Shown piece after piece: positions 1-8,398 of a stretch of 64,000 nucleotides of DNA. The position numbers were made by a program, and so were the translations under genes. Source of the DNA: a virus (lineage: Duplodnaviria > Caudoviricetes); the IMG/VR virus record IMGVR_UViG_3300028888_000097, positions 1-64,000 of that record; one strand, given 5' to 3'. The notes under the pieces were generated by a model. It saw only the letters and a program-made list of their open reading frames with translations. It ran no database searches and was not told where the DNA came from. Every line of letters starts with the position of its first letter. The first letter of the stretch is position 1.

Positions 1-6
1 AAAGCG

Positions 7-2742
7 GTGGTTCAGAAGGACGGACAGATTGCGATGTTCAACGACGTTGCCGAGGGGTTATCGGCGGCGGCGCGGGAAAAGAGGGAATCGCTCGATGCGC
101 GGGTCGCCTGTATGATGGAGATTGTGAAGTCCGATCCGGAGGCGCACTTCATTCTCTGGCACGATCTGGAGGATGAGAGACGGGCTATCGGTCACGCGAT
201 GCGGGAATACGCCGGACCGGGAGAATACGCGGAGATCTACGGGACGCAGGAGATTGAGGTCAAGGAAAAGGAGGTTCTGGACTTCGCCTACGGGCGGACG
301 AAATATCTGGCGACAAAGAAGGAAATCTCCGGCCAGGGGTGCAATTTCCAGCGGTTTTGTCACCGGGCGATCTTCGTGGGTGTGGACTACAAGTTCAACG
401 ATTTTATTCAGGCGATTCACCGGATTTATCGCTTCATGCAGACGGAGCCGGTCATCATCGACATCATCTACACGGAGAACGAGGACAGCATCCTAAAGGA
501 GCTGATGGCGAAATGGGACCGGCACAACGAACAGACCGAGAAGATGCGGGAGATCATCACGCAGTACGGCATTTACACGGAGATGCTTGTTAAGCGGATG
601 CAGAGATCAATAGGAGTGGAGAGAGTGGAAGTCAAGGGCAAATACTTTACGGCGGTCAACAACGATTGCGTGGACGAGACGAAGCGGATGGAGACGGACA
701 GCGTGGGGCTGATTCACACGTCGATCCCGTTTTCCAATCACTATGAATACACGCCGAGCTACAATGATTTCGGCCACAACGAGGACAACGAGCGGTTCTT
801 TGAACAGATGGACTATCTGACGCCGGAGCTTCTTCGGATCCTGAAACCGGGCCGGATCTGCGCGGTACACGTCAAGGACCGGATCCTCTACGGCAACGCG
901 ACGGGAGACGGAATGCCGGCGGTGGATCCGTTCTCGGACATGACGGTTCTTCACTACATGAAGCACGGGTTCCGGTACATGGGGCGGATTATCGTGCTGA
1001 CGGACGTGGTGCGGGAGAACAATCAGACTTACCGGCTCGGATGGAGCGAGGTCTGCAAGGACGGCTCCAAGATGGGGGTTGGCTGTCCCGAATACATTCT
1101 CTTGTTCCGCAAGCTCCCCACGGACACGTCGAAAGCCTACGCGGACGAACCGGTTGTGAAGTCCAAAGACGAATACACCCGTGCTCAGTGGCAGCTTGAC
1201 GCTCACGCATTCTGGCGGTCCTCCGGCGACCGGCTTATCACGAAGGAAGAACTGATGGAGACGGAGACGGGAAAGCTCCAGAAGCTCTACACGCAGTATT
1301 CGCGGGACACGGTTTACTCCTACGAAGACCACGTTGCCCTTGCGAAGAAGCTGGACGAGGAAGACCGGCTCCCGGCGACGTTTATGGTCTGTGCTCCCGG
1401 TTCATGGTCGGACATGGTTTGGGACGATATTGTACGGATGCGGACGCTGAACGGGGAGCAGAAGAGGAAGAACGTACAGATGCACGTCTGTCTTGCCGCC
1501 GGATCCCTGATTCTGACGCGGGACGGATACAAGCCTATTGAAGAGGTTGAACCGGGCGACATGGTTCTGACGCACATGGGACGGTGGAAGCCTGTTATCG
1601 CAAAAGCCCGGACGGGAATCAAAGATACCGTTCAGACACGGGCAAAGGGCGTTCCGAATCTTATCACGACACCGGATCACAGGCTCTGGACGCGCAGATC
1701 GGAGTTAGCGCACAAAAAAGAAGGAATGCGCCGCGCCGTTCCCGAATGGGTTGAAGCGAAAGATACGGTCGGTCACTATGTGAATCTGAAACTTCCGCCT
1801 GTTGAGGAAAGCCCTCTTAATGAAAAAGAGTGGTGGCTTGTCGGTCGGTATTTGGCGGACGGCCATAAGGGAACGCGGGGAGATTGGTTTATCTCTGTCG
1901 GCGCGGATAAGTGCGAAGAATTTGAGCGTATGGCTTTGGGGTTCTATGGTTCTCACGCCGAAAGAGACGCAAGGCAGTACCGGCTGTTGAGCGGATCCAT
2001 GAGCGACGAGCTGAAAGCCATGCTCGACAAATGCGGGCGCGGAGCTATGAACAAACAGGTTCCGATTGAAGGGATTTGTCTGAATCCTACGCTTGCCGAA
2101 GCTCTTCTGGCCGGTTATCTCTCGGGCGACGGAAATACTACCGGGAACTGCACGTCGGCGTCTTCTGTTTCCCGCGCCCTGCTTCTCGGCATGGCGATGG
2201 TTGCGCAGCGGGCGCGTGGTGTGATTGCTTCCGTATATGCGGGAAGAGGTGAGAGGACATCGACCATTGAAGGGCGCGAAGTGCATTGCAATCCGGAATG
2301 GGTGATGAGCTGGCGTGTATCCGGACATCATTGCGAGAGCGAAATCTTAGAGGACGGCGCGTGGAAGAAGGTCAAGGAAAGCATTGCAACCGGAGAACGG
2401 GAGGTGTGGAGCATTCAGGTTGAAGACGATGCTTCCTATACGGCGGAAGGGTGTGTTGTCAAGAATTGTCCCCTTCAGCTTGATATTGTGGAGCGCATTA
2501 TCAACCGCTATTCCAACGAGGGCGACGTGGTTTACGATCCGTTTGGGGGACTGATGACGGTTCCCATGACGGCGGTAAAGATGGGCCGGTACGGGATTGG
2601 ATGCGAGCTGAACAACGGCTACTTCCGGGACGGCGTGGGCTATCTGAAACTGGCTGAGGAAGAGCGGGACGAACCGGAGAAGCAGATCACGATGGGGATT
2701 CCGACACTTGCGGATCTGACGGAGGACGACGATGCAGAATGA
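7..2742 (+). CDS. DNA methyltransferase (beta-class N4C/N6A) fused to a helicase-C-like N-terminal domain, interrupted by an intein; probably 5'-truncated by the window
   Basis: Motif IV-like TSIPF precedes motif I-like DPFGGLMT; N-terminus has SNF2/helicase-C-like GCNFQ..QAIHRIYRFMQ. Confidence 0.85.
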   Translation: MVQKDGQIAMFNDVAEGLSAAAREKRESLDARVACMMEIVKSDPEAHFILWHDLEDERRAIGHAMREYAGPGEYAEIYGTQEIEVKEKEVLDFAYGRTKYLATKKEISGQGCNFQRFCHRAIFVGVDYKFNDFIQAIHRIYRFMQTEPVIIDIIYTENEDSILKELMAKWDRHNEQTEKMREIITQYGIYTEMLVKRMQRSIGVERVEVKGKYFTAVNNDCVDETKRMETDSVGLIHTSIPFSNHYEYTPSYNDFGHNEDNERFFEQMDYLTPELLRILKPGRICAVHVKDRILYGNATGDGMPAVDPFSDMTVLHYMKHGFRYMGRIIVLTDVVRENNQTYRLGWSEVCKDGSKMGVGCPEYILLFRKLPTDTSKAYADEPVVKSKDEYTRAQWQLDAHAFWRSSGDRLITKEELMETETGKLQKLYTQYSRDTVYSYEDHVALAKKLDEEDRLPATFMVCAPGSWSDMVWDDIVRMRTLNGEQKRKNVQMHVCLAAGSLILTRDGYKPIEEVEPGDMVLTHMGRWKPVIAKARTGIKDTVQTRAKGVPNLITTPDHRLWTRRSELAHKKEGMRRAVPEWVEAKDTVGHYVNLKLPPVEESPLNEKEWWLVGRYLADGHKGTRGDWFISVGADKCEEFERMALGFYGSHAERDARQYRLLSGSMSDELKAMLDKCGRGAMNKQVPIEGICLNPTLAEALLAGYLSGDGNTTGNCTSASSVSRALLLGMAMVAQRARGVIASVYAGRGERTSTIEGREVHCNPEWVMSWRVSGHHCESEILEDGAWKKVKESIATGEREVWSIQVEDDASYTAEGCVVKNCPLQLDIVERIINRYSNEGDVVYDPFGGLMTVPMTAVKMGRYGIGCELNNGYFRDGVGYLKLAEEERDEPEKQITMGIPTLADLTEDDDAE
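1489..2466 (+). mobile_element. Intein (326 aa) with LAGLIDADG homing endonuclease
   Basis: Starts CLAAGSLILTRDGYKPIEEV, ends GCVVKN before Cys+1; LVGRYLADG and LLAGYLSGDG motifs; removal restores HV-CPLQLDIVER. Confidence 0.92.
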
Positions 2743-2824
2743 ATTGGTGTCTTTTGCCATAGGATATTTGATTGGAGTGGTTCTTGCCATTGTGGTGTAC
2801 TTGATTCTGGAAAGGAGATTTTGA
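2732..2824 (+). CDS. 30-aa single-TM peptide (not in ORF track)
   Basis: MQNELVSFAIGYLIGVVLAIVVYLILERRF; GGAGGA RBS; TGATG coupling to next ORF. Confidence 0.55.
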   Translation: MQNELVSFAIGYLIGVVLAIVVYLILERRF

Positions 2825-3006
2825 TGCAGAATATTGAGATTATCGACTACCTCCGGGCAGTCGGCAAGCCGGTTCACTTCCGGACGATTGCCAACTGGTT
2901 TCCCGGAGAGGCTGAGGAAGCGGAGCTGTTTCGGCGGCTCCGTCTTCTGGTGGAAGGGGGATTTGTCAGAAGGACGGAGAAAGGAAAGTTTGAGGTGGTG
3001 AAATGA
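2824..3006 (+). CDS. Small winged-helix-like protein
   Basis: RBS, coupled overlaps, LRRLRLLVEGGFVRRTEKGKFEVV wing-like pattern. Confidence 0.55.
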   Translation: MQNIEIIDYLRAVGKPVHFRTIANWFPGEAEEAELFRRLRLLVEGGFVRRTEKGKFEVVK

Positions 3007-3440
3007 TCGATTATTCCAGATCGGATGTTATTGAGGCGTTGGAATATCTCTTGTCACCGGTTTGCACCGAATCGCAGTTCGATTATTGCGACGAAATCCG
3101 GGCAGCGATTGCCTGGCTGAAAGAGAAAGAGCCGAAAAAGGTGAACTTTCCTCAACTTGAATGGCATGAATTTCAAACGCGCACCGAAGAAGAACTGAAT
3201 CAGTATTTGAAAGATAATGCAGGATGGGCGTATCTGGTGTTCCTTCGCCAAAAATATGAGTATGAAGCGGAAAAGGATTGGGAATACCTGATCGAGTTCA
3301 TTTCTCCGCGAAGTAGTGACGGGGACGATTATATATGGGATAATGACTGGTGGGAAGGACAGCAGTGTGTTGAATATTTTGGAATAGCGAGAATTGTTCT
3401 ATACAAATTTCAAATTGACGAAATTGAAGGTGGCGAGTGA
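3003..3440 (+). CDS. Hypothetical acidic phage protein
   Basis: ATGA overlaps on both sides. Confidence 0.7.
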   Translation: MIDYSRSDVIEALEYLLSPVCTESQFDYCDEIRAAIAWLKEKEPKKVNFPQLEWHEFQTRTEEELNQYLKDNAGWAYLVFLRQKYEYEAEKDWEYLIEFISPRSSDGDDYIWDNDWWEGQQCVEYFGIARIVLYKFQIDEIEGGE

Positions 3441-3640
3441 AGATGAATGGCTTCAAGTTCCCGTCCAATCAGCGTCTCTGGGCGACGTACTACGACGCAA
3501 AAGGAAAGCCGAAGTGGGCGATCTGCTCCGATTCGGCGCGGATTAACTGGTATCTTTACGATCTGGAGGGGGATAAGCCTCGAAAAGTAAAGGTCGGGAA
3601 AAGCCCGAAAGATTTTGAAGAGGAGGTTGGCAAAACATGA
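3437..3640 (+). CDS. Hypothetical protein, paralogue of 6321..6530
   Basis: Shares FKFPSNQ..WATYYDAKGKP.WAICSD.ARI. Confidence 0.75.
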   Translation: MKMNGFKFPSNQRLWATYYDAKGKPKWAICSDSARINWYLYDLEGDKPRKVKVGKSPKDFEEEVGKT

Positions 3641-3969
3641 TTCCGGATAACGATTACGTCCTGCGGAGCGATGCGCTTGAAATTGCTGCGGAGTGGTGCC
3701 CGGACGATGACGGATCAGTCGGAAAAACCGGAGATCTCCGCGATATGTTGGACGAGATGGAGGCTATCCCCGCCGCAGACGTGGAGCCGGTGAGACACGG
3801 GCGGTGGGTAAAGATGGTCAGAATGATGCCTCCGGAATTTACAGGGCATTATAGTTGTAGCGAATGCGATTGGTTTTGCAAGAAACAGTCTGTTCGGGAA
3901 ACTGATTTTGATTTTTGCCCCGGCTGTGGGGCGAAGATGGACAAGGATGGACAAGGAGGAAAGCCATGA
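3637..3969 (+). CDS. Zn-ribbon accessory protein (AADVEP..H..W family)
   Basis: PAADVEPVRHGRW, CSEC..CPGC. Confidence 0.75.
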   Translation: MIPDNDYVLRSDALEIAAEWCPDDDGSVGKTGDLRDMLDEMEAIPAADVEPVRHGRWVKMVRMMPPEFTGHYSCSECDWFCKKQSVRETDFDFCPGCGAKMDKDGQGGKP

Positions 3970-4376
3970 ATGACATTGACAAGATGCCAGTGAAATGTCG
4001 GGACTGCCCATATTGGGAGTTGGCGTCATACCCGTGGTATTGCGGAGATTGCGTAGACAAGATGAATCCCAAGAACAGCGAATATATCAAGCGCATTGAT
4101 GCAAAAAGGGCGTTGACGGCATTGCCCGCTGATTTGGATGCTGAAACAGTTCAGCGGTGTGTCGAAGCGATGAACAATCCTAAAGCCGCCGATGTGGAAC
4201 CGAAGAGATATGCAGAATGGATAAGCCCGGATGGTATATCGGTTTGCTCTGAATGCGGCAAAGCGGCTCCATATGATGTTGAAGGGGATGTGATTATGTA
4301 CTGGCCCAATCTTAATTTCTGCCCGAACTGTGGATGCAGAATGAATGTGGAGGGAAAAGATGCCGAAGTACATTGA
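3966..4376 (+). CDS. Zn-ribbon accessory protein (same family)
   Basis: AADVEPKRYAEW, CSEC..CPNC; start moved to ATG overlapping upstream stop. Confidence 0.75.
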   Translation: MNDIDKMPVKCRDCPYWELASYPWYCGDCVDKMNPKNSEYIKRIDAKRALTALPADLDAETVQRCVEAMNNPKAADVEPKRYAEWISPDGISVCSECGKAAPYDVEGDVIMYWPNLNFCPNCGCRMNVEGKDAEVH

Positions 4377-4722
4377 TGCGGATGCGCTTGTAAAAGAAAC
4401 ACGCGAATGGTATTGCGCACAATGCGAGAACCGTAAGGGCATGAAGCGCGGAAAACTGCAATTTGTCTATGAAATCGGAGATGCACCGTGCCGAGCGTGT
4501 TATATTGATGACATAATTTCCGACATTGAGGATTATCCCGCAGCCGACATCGAGCCGGTGGTTCATGCAAGATGGCTCCCTACCAAGAATTTCTCGGGTA
4601 AGAAGTGTTCCAAATGTGGAGCGCGGGTCAAGAACGGGGCGGACAGAACGCATGGCTGGTGCTATAAATGCGGGGCTAAAATGGATGGAACCGCCCCGAA
4701 GGAGAACCCGGATGATAAATAA
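4360..4722 (+). CDS. Zn-ribbon accessory protein (same family)
   Basis: KYIDADAL, PAADIEPVVHARW, CSKC..CYKC. Confidence 0.75.
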   Translation: MPKYIDADALVKETREWYCAQCENRKGMKRGKLQFVYEIGDAPCRACYIDDIISDIEDYPAADIEPVVHARWLPTKNFSGKKCSKCGARVKNGADRTHGWCYKCGAKMDGTAPKENPDDK

Positions 4723-4978
4723 GCGCAAAGAACTGTTGCCGGATCACAGGGAATACGAATTGGAGCCGGGATTTAAGGTGGGAGCGCACAAACGCTCCTG
4801 CCTGTTCTGTCGGCATTGTTCGGACGTTTGGTGGGATCACATGAATGGACCGTATATGTTTTTATGCGAATTTGATGATATTCCGTGCGGGAAAGAGCAC
4901 GATCCGGAGCGGTCGTTTGTTGGAGAATGTCCGGCGTTTGAGGAAGAGGAGAGTTATCGTGAAGAACAAACTGATTGA
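4712..4978 (+). CDS. Cys-rich hypothetical protein
   Basis: CLFCRHC..C..C..C; AAGGAG RBS. Confidence 0.6.
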   Translation: MINKRKELLPDHREYELEPGFKVGAHKRSCLFCRHCSDVWWDHMNGPYMFLCEFDDIPCGKEHDPERSFVGECPAFEEEESYREEQTD

Positions 4979-5288
4979 CGCCAAAGATTTTCTGGAACGG
5001 TTAGAGGAATGTTTATATGATGTGTATAACAGAATAGACGGACCGGATGGATTCGGCTATAAAACTATTGAACGAATAGTTAGGGAAATGATGGCAGAAC
5101 AAAATCCGTGCTGGATTTCGGTGGAGGATAAATTGCCGCAATCGGGGTATGATGTTTTAGTCTGCGCCGAGGGGAATGTCTTTCCGGGCTATTATAATAC
5201 CGACACAGGTAAGTGGCGCGATGAGAACGGCAATTTAGTGAGCGGGGTTACATATTGGATGATTATTCCCGATGCGCCGGAAGAATGA
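4959..5288 (+). CDS. DUF551-like protein
   Basis: WISVEDKLPQ...VTYWMIIPDAP. Confidence 0.75.
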   Translation: MKNKLIDAKDFLERLEECLYDVYNRIDGPDGFGYKTIERIVREMMAEQNPCWISVEDKLPQSGYDVLVCAEGNVFPGYYNTDTGKWRDENGNLVSGVTYWMIIPDAPEE

Positions 5289-5292
5289 AGCG

Positions 5293-5553
5293 ATGGTGAA
5301 GATATATCAATATGTCCGTGATCCGAACTATTTCATGATTCAACTGTTTCGGGACGTGAACGATTCGCGGCCCAATATGTATCGGAGTGTCGGCGTCTAT
5401 TTGAATGTCAACGAAGTCCGTTGGGGGCAAATCGGGAGCCGGGAACTTGCGGAAGACGAAAGGTTTTACCATGAAGTGGGTGAAATCGATCTGGACGGCG
5501 TGATTCTGGACGCGATCAAGCGGGCGGTGAAAGAAAGGAATGAGAAAGAATGA
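5293..5553 (+). CDS. Hypothetical protein
   Basis: In-operon ORF with coupled stop. Confidence 0.6.
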   Translation: MVKIYQYVRDPNYFMIQLFRDVNDSRPNMYRSVGVYLNVNEVRWGQIGSRELAEDERFYHEVGEIDLDGVILDAIKRAVKERNEKE

Positions 5554-5807
5554 ATTGGAAAGAGGAAATCGCCTTCAACGAGAAGATTCTGGACGGGCTG
5601 GATCTGCCGGAGCCGGAGAACCACGAGGACCTGATTGACTATAGGGACAAAATCGAAGATATGTTCAAAGATGTGGAACTTCCGCCCGAAATGAAGGGGG
5701 ATTTGTTTGAGTTCATGGGGCTGGACGATCTGGCTGTGTATCTTCAGAAAAGGTTCGGGGTCCGGGTGGTGGAAGAAACACGGTATGTGATTGGGAGGAT
5801 GCGGTGA
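5550..5807 (+). CDS. Hypothetical protein
   Basis: ATGA overlap. Confidence 0.65.
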   Translation: MNWKEEIAFNEKILDGLDLPEPENHEDLIDYRDKIEDMFKDVELPPEMKGDLFEFMGLDDLAVYLQKRFGVRVVEETRYVIGRMR

Positions 5808-6049
5808 TGGTAAAGGGATTTATTCGACTTACGGGGAAGTATTCGGGGGACGAGATGTACATTCGGGCAAATCAGATAAAAGCGATAATACCGTTGAAAA
5901 GCCTCGACGGGTTCGATAGGACAACGGAGGGAAGCGCGGTTTATCTGGATGAGAACAGCGTATATGAAAACAATTATCTCTGCGTTTTGGAAAGCCCAAA
6001 ATCAGTGATGACATTGATGGAGATGGCGGAGAAGGCGGCGGAGAAATGA
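5804..6049 (+). CDS. Hypothetical protein
   Basis: Coupled ORF with RBS. Confidence 0.6.
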   Translation: MMVKGFIRLTGKYSGDEMYIRANQIKAIIPLKSLDGFDRTTEGSAVYLDENSVYENNYLCVLESPKSVMTLMEMAEKAAEK

Positions 6050-6291
6050 AAAAAGCATATGATGAAGTCCTCTGCATTAGAGGGCGTGGAGCGTTCAAAA
6101 CGGGGGTGTGTTATCCGATGATGGCAGGGAATGTTTTGGTTTATAATTCGTTTTGTATTATATATGGTTTTGCCGCAAATCAAACCCGAACCGCAGAAAA
6201 AGGGGGGTATTTTGAAGTCCTCCACGGTTTAGAACAAAGCGGAGCGCGGTTTGTGAAGGTGACGCGATGCAGAAGAAGAAAAACCGGATGA
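6046..6291 (+). CDS. Hypothetical protein
   Basis: ATGA overlap. Confidence 0.5.
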   Translation: MKKAYDEVLCIRGRGAFKTGVCYPMMAGNVLVYNSFCIIYGFAANQTRTAEKGGYFEVLHGLEQSGARFVKVTRCRRRKTG

Positions 6292-6320
6292 TAGACATTG
6301 ACTGAACTATTGCAGGAGGT

Positions 6321-6530
6321 TTGAAGAATATGGTTAATGTTTTCAAGTTCCCGTCCAATCAGTGTCATTGGGCGACTTACTACGATGCAAAAGGAAAGCC
6401 GGAATGGGCGATATGCTCGGATTTGGCGAGAATTAAGTATTATCTTTACAACCTTGAGTCCGGCAAGCCCGTAAAAGTAAAGACGGGGGCGTCCCCGGCG
6501 GAGTTTGAAGGTGAAGTTGGAAAGATATAA
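6321..6530 (+). CDS. Hypothetical protein, paralogue of 3437..3640
   Basis: AGGAGG RBS; clear similarity to the first copy. Confidence 0.75.
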   Translation: MKNMVNVFKFPSNQCHWATYYDAKGKPEWAICSDLARIKYYLYNLESGKPVKVKTGASPAEFEGEVGKI

Positions 6531-6588
6531 CAAAAGCGAAGCCGATACCGTTACAAAAGTTTGTTAAATGTGACATGCTTTGCGGGGG

Positions 6589-6617
6589 TTGACATTTCAC
6601 TAAAAATGTGGTATAAT
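6589..6617 (+). promoter_or_regulatory. Consensus sigma70/sigmaA promoter upstream of packaging operon
   Basis: TTGACA-17 bp-TATAAT with extended -10 TGn. Confidence 0.85.
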
Positions 6618-6638
6618 ACACGTGTGGAATAGTATTTG

Positions 6639-6681
6639 AAGCCCATTCCGGCTCCTGTTCGGGGTCGAAGTGGGCTTTTTT
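6639..6681 (+). terminator. Terminator-like hairpin in the leader between promoter and first gene
   Basis: AAGCCCA...TGGGCTT stem followed by T-tract. Confidence 0.65.
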
Positions 6682-6701
6682 CAGTTTCCGGGGAGGTTTG
6701 A

Positions 6702-7766
6702 ATGGCGGTTTGCCTTTGTGAAATGTGCGGCGAAGAGAAGGGCGAAGAGTTCTTCTACGACCGACCGCACGGACTCTCCCGGTACTGTATCGAATGCGAA
6801 CAGCGGCTTTACGACCGACTGTCGGAGAACTCCGGCGTCGGGGCGTACATCGGGCTTTTCGCCACCTGTGCGTCGCTGAACGTCCCCTTCTGGCCGACGA
6901 AGCTGCCGCAGATTACGGATTTTCTGAAAATCGAGGACAGATGGGTCTTCTACAATGAGCTGATTGCGGAAGAGGTTCACGGGGAGAACGGGCTTGTGCG
7001 CGGGTTCCTCGACGGGGAGACGAACATTCTCCGGTTATTCGGTACGAATCTCTCTCAGAAGGATACGGCGAAATTCATCGAGGTCACACAGCAGCACGAA
7101 GCCCTGAAGCCTGGTACGCGGGAACAGCGCGAACGGTGGGGCGAGGCGGATCTTTGCGAAAAAGTCCCCATGACGGACGCGATTTACGCGGAACTGGACC
7201 GGCAATATGAAAACTGGTGCGGAAGATACCGTGGACAGACCATCACGCCGCAGCTTGCCGACTCGATTGTGAAAATCTGCAAGTGGAACATGGTTACGGA
7301 GCGGCTGATCCGGATAGGCGAGTACGTCTCCGCGCAGAAGGTCCAGAAGATGGTAGACGACCTCATGGCTTCCGAACAGATGCGGAAGAAAGACGAGAAG
7401 CCCATCGAGAATATGCGGATGGACGCTCTTGTGGTGGCTCTGGAACAGGCCGGAGCGATGGAAAACGGGCAGTTCAAGACGCCCGCCGAGGTTCAGGAAT
7501 CCTTCTGGAAGCGGTTCTTCAAGAAAAAGAAGTTCAATTATTCCGTGGACGCGGCGGATCACATGATCTTCGATTATTACAACAACGCCCGCCTGAACGC
7601 GGATCTTCCTGCGGCGAACGAACTTCCGGCTGAACTGAGGCTGGAAGACGAGCTCGGCGAATTTGAGCCGGAGCCGACGGAGGAAGAGATGAAACGGGCG
7701 CGGTATGCGGGACTTACGACGGTCGCCTTTGACGATGAGGACCCGTTTGCGGAGTCCGCGCATTAA
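6702..7766 (+). CDS. Zn-finger protein, putative terminase small subunit
   Basis: CEMC..CIEC N-terminus; position before terL, as in SPbeta-like phages (function from synteny). Confidence 0.5.
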   Translation: MAVCLCEMCGEEKGEEFFYDRPHGLSRYCIECEQRLYDRLSENSGVGAYIGLFATCASLNVPFWPTKLPQITDFLKIEDRWVFYNELIAEEVHGENGLVRGFLDGETNILRLFGTNLSQKDTAKFIEVTQQHEALKPGTREQRERWGEADLCEKVPMTDAIYAELDRQYENWCGRYRGQTITPQLADSIVKICKWNMVTERLIRIGEYVSAQKVQKMVDDLMASEQMRKKDEKPIENMRMDALVVALEQAGAMENGQFKTPAEVQESFWKRFFKKKKFNYSVDAADHMIFDYYNNARLNADLPAANELPAELRLEDELGEFEPEPTEEEMKRARYAGLTTVAFDDEDPFAESAH

Positions 7767-7773
7767 CAAATTG

Positions 7774-7854
7774 GTATCAATATAAGGGGATAGGGTAGCT
7801 CCCGAAAAAGCAATCACGCCTAATTGCTTTCCCCTTTTGATACATATATAGGCG
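7774..7854 (+). ncRNA. Structured RNA candidate (three-way junction plus pseudoknot) upstream of HNH gene
   Basis: Stems GTATCAA/TTGATAC, AAGGGG/CCCCTT, GGG/CCC, AAAGCAAT/ATTGCTTT; loop CGCCTA complementary to TAGGCG at 7849-7854. Confidence 0.5.
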
Positions 7855-7879
7855 AATAACTACGAAAGGCGCGTAGGCT

Positions 7880-8398
7880 ATGGAAGAAATCTGGAAAGAC
7901 ATCGAGGGATTTGAAGGTAGGTATCAAATTAGTTCTTTGGGGCGAGTAAAGAGTTTCCTTGTGGATACGGAAACCGGCATTATTTTGAAACCTACGGTGT
8001 GCTCAAATGGATATTTGAGAATAGATTTGAGGAATAATGGTAGATACTATAAATATTTGATTCATCGACTTGTTGCAGAAGCATTCCTATCAAATCCAAA
8101 TAATTATGAGTGTGTGAACCACAAAGATGAAACACGGGATAATAATTGTGTGGATAATTTAGAGTGGTGTACTCATAAATATAACTCAAATTATGGGACG
8201 GCACAACAACGAAGCGCAGATGCGAGGTCAAAGCCAATTGCTCAATATGAGACAAACGGGAGTTATTTGAAAACATGGAAAAGCAGTGCGGAAATTCAAA
8301 GGCTTCTGGGATTTGACAGGTCCAGCATACTTCGGTGTTGTATGGGAAAACAAGCAACTTCATATAAGTATATCTGGCAATATGCACAGGCACAATGA
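7880..8398 (+). CDS. Free-standing NUMOD4-HNH homing endonuclease
   Basis: EEIWKDIEGFEGRYQISSLGRVKS, HRLVAEAF..VNHKDE.R.NN.V.NLEW; AT-rich relative to flanks. Confidence 0.92.
   Translation: MEEIWKDIEGFEGRYQISSLGRVKSFLVDTETGIILKPTVCSNGYLRIDLRNNGRYYKYLIHRLVAEAFLSNPNNYECVNHKDETRDNNCVDNLEWCTHKYNSNYGTAQQRSADARSKPIAQYETNGSYLKTWKSSAEIQRLLGFDRSSILRCCMGKQATSYKYIWQYAQAQ

Noticed and set aside
7774-7843. Hammerhead ribozyme or group I intron at the HNH insert
   Set aside because: No CUGANGA core; no P7/catalytic-core motifs; flanking genes are complete without splicing
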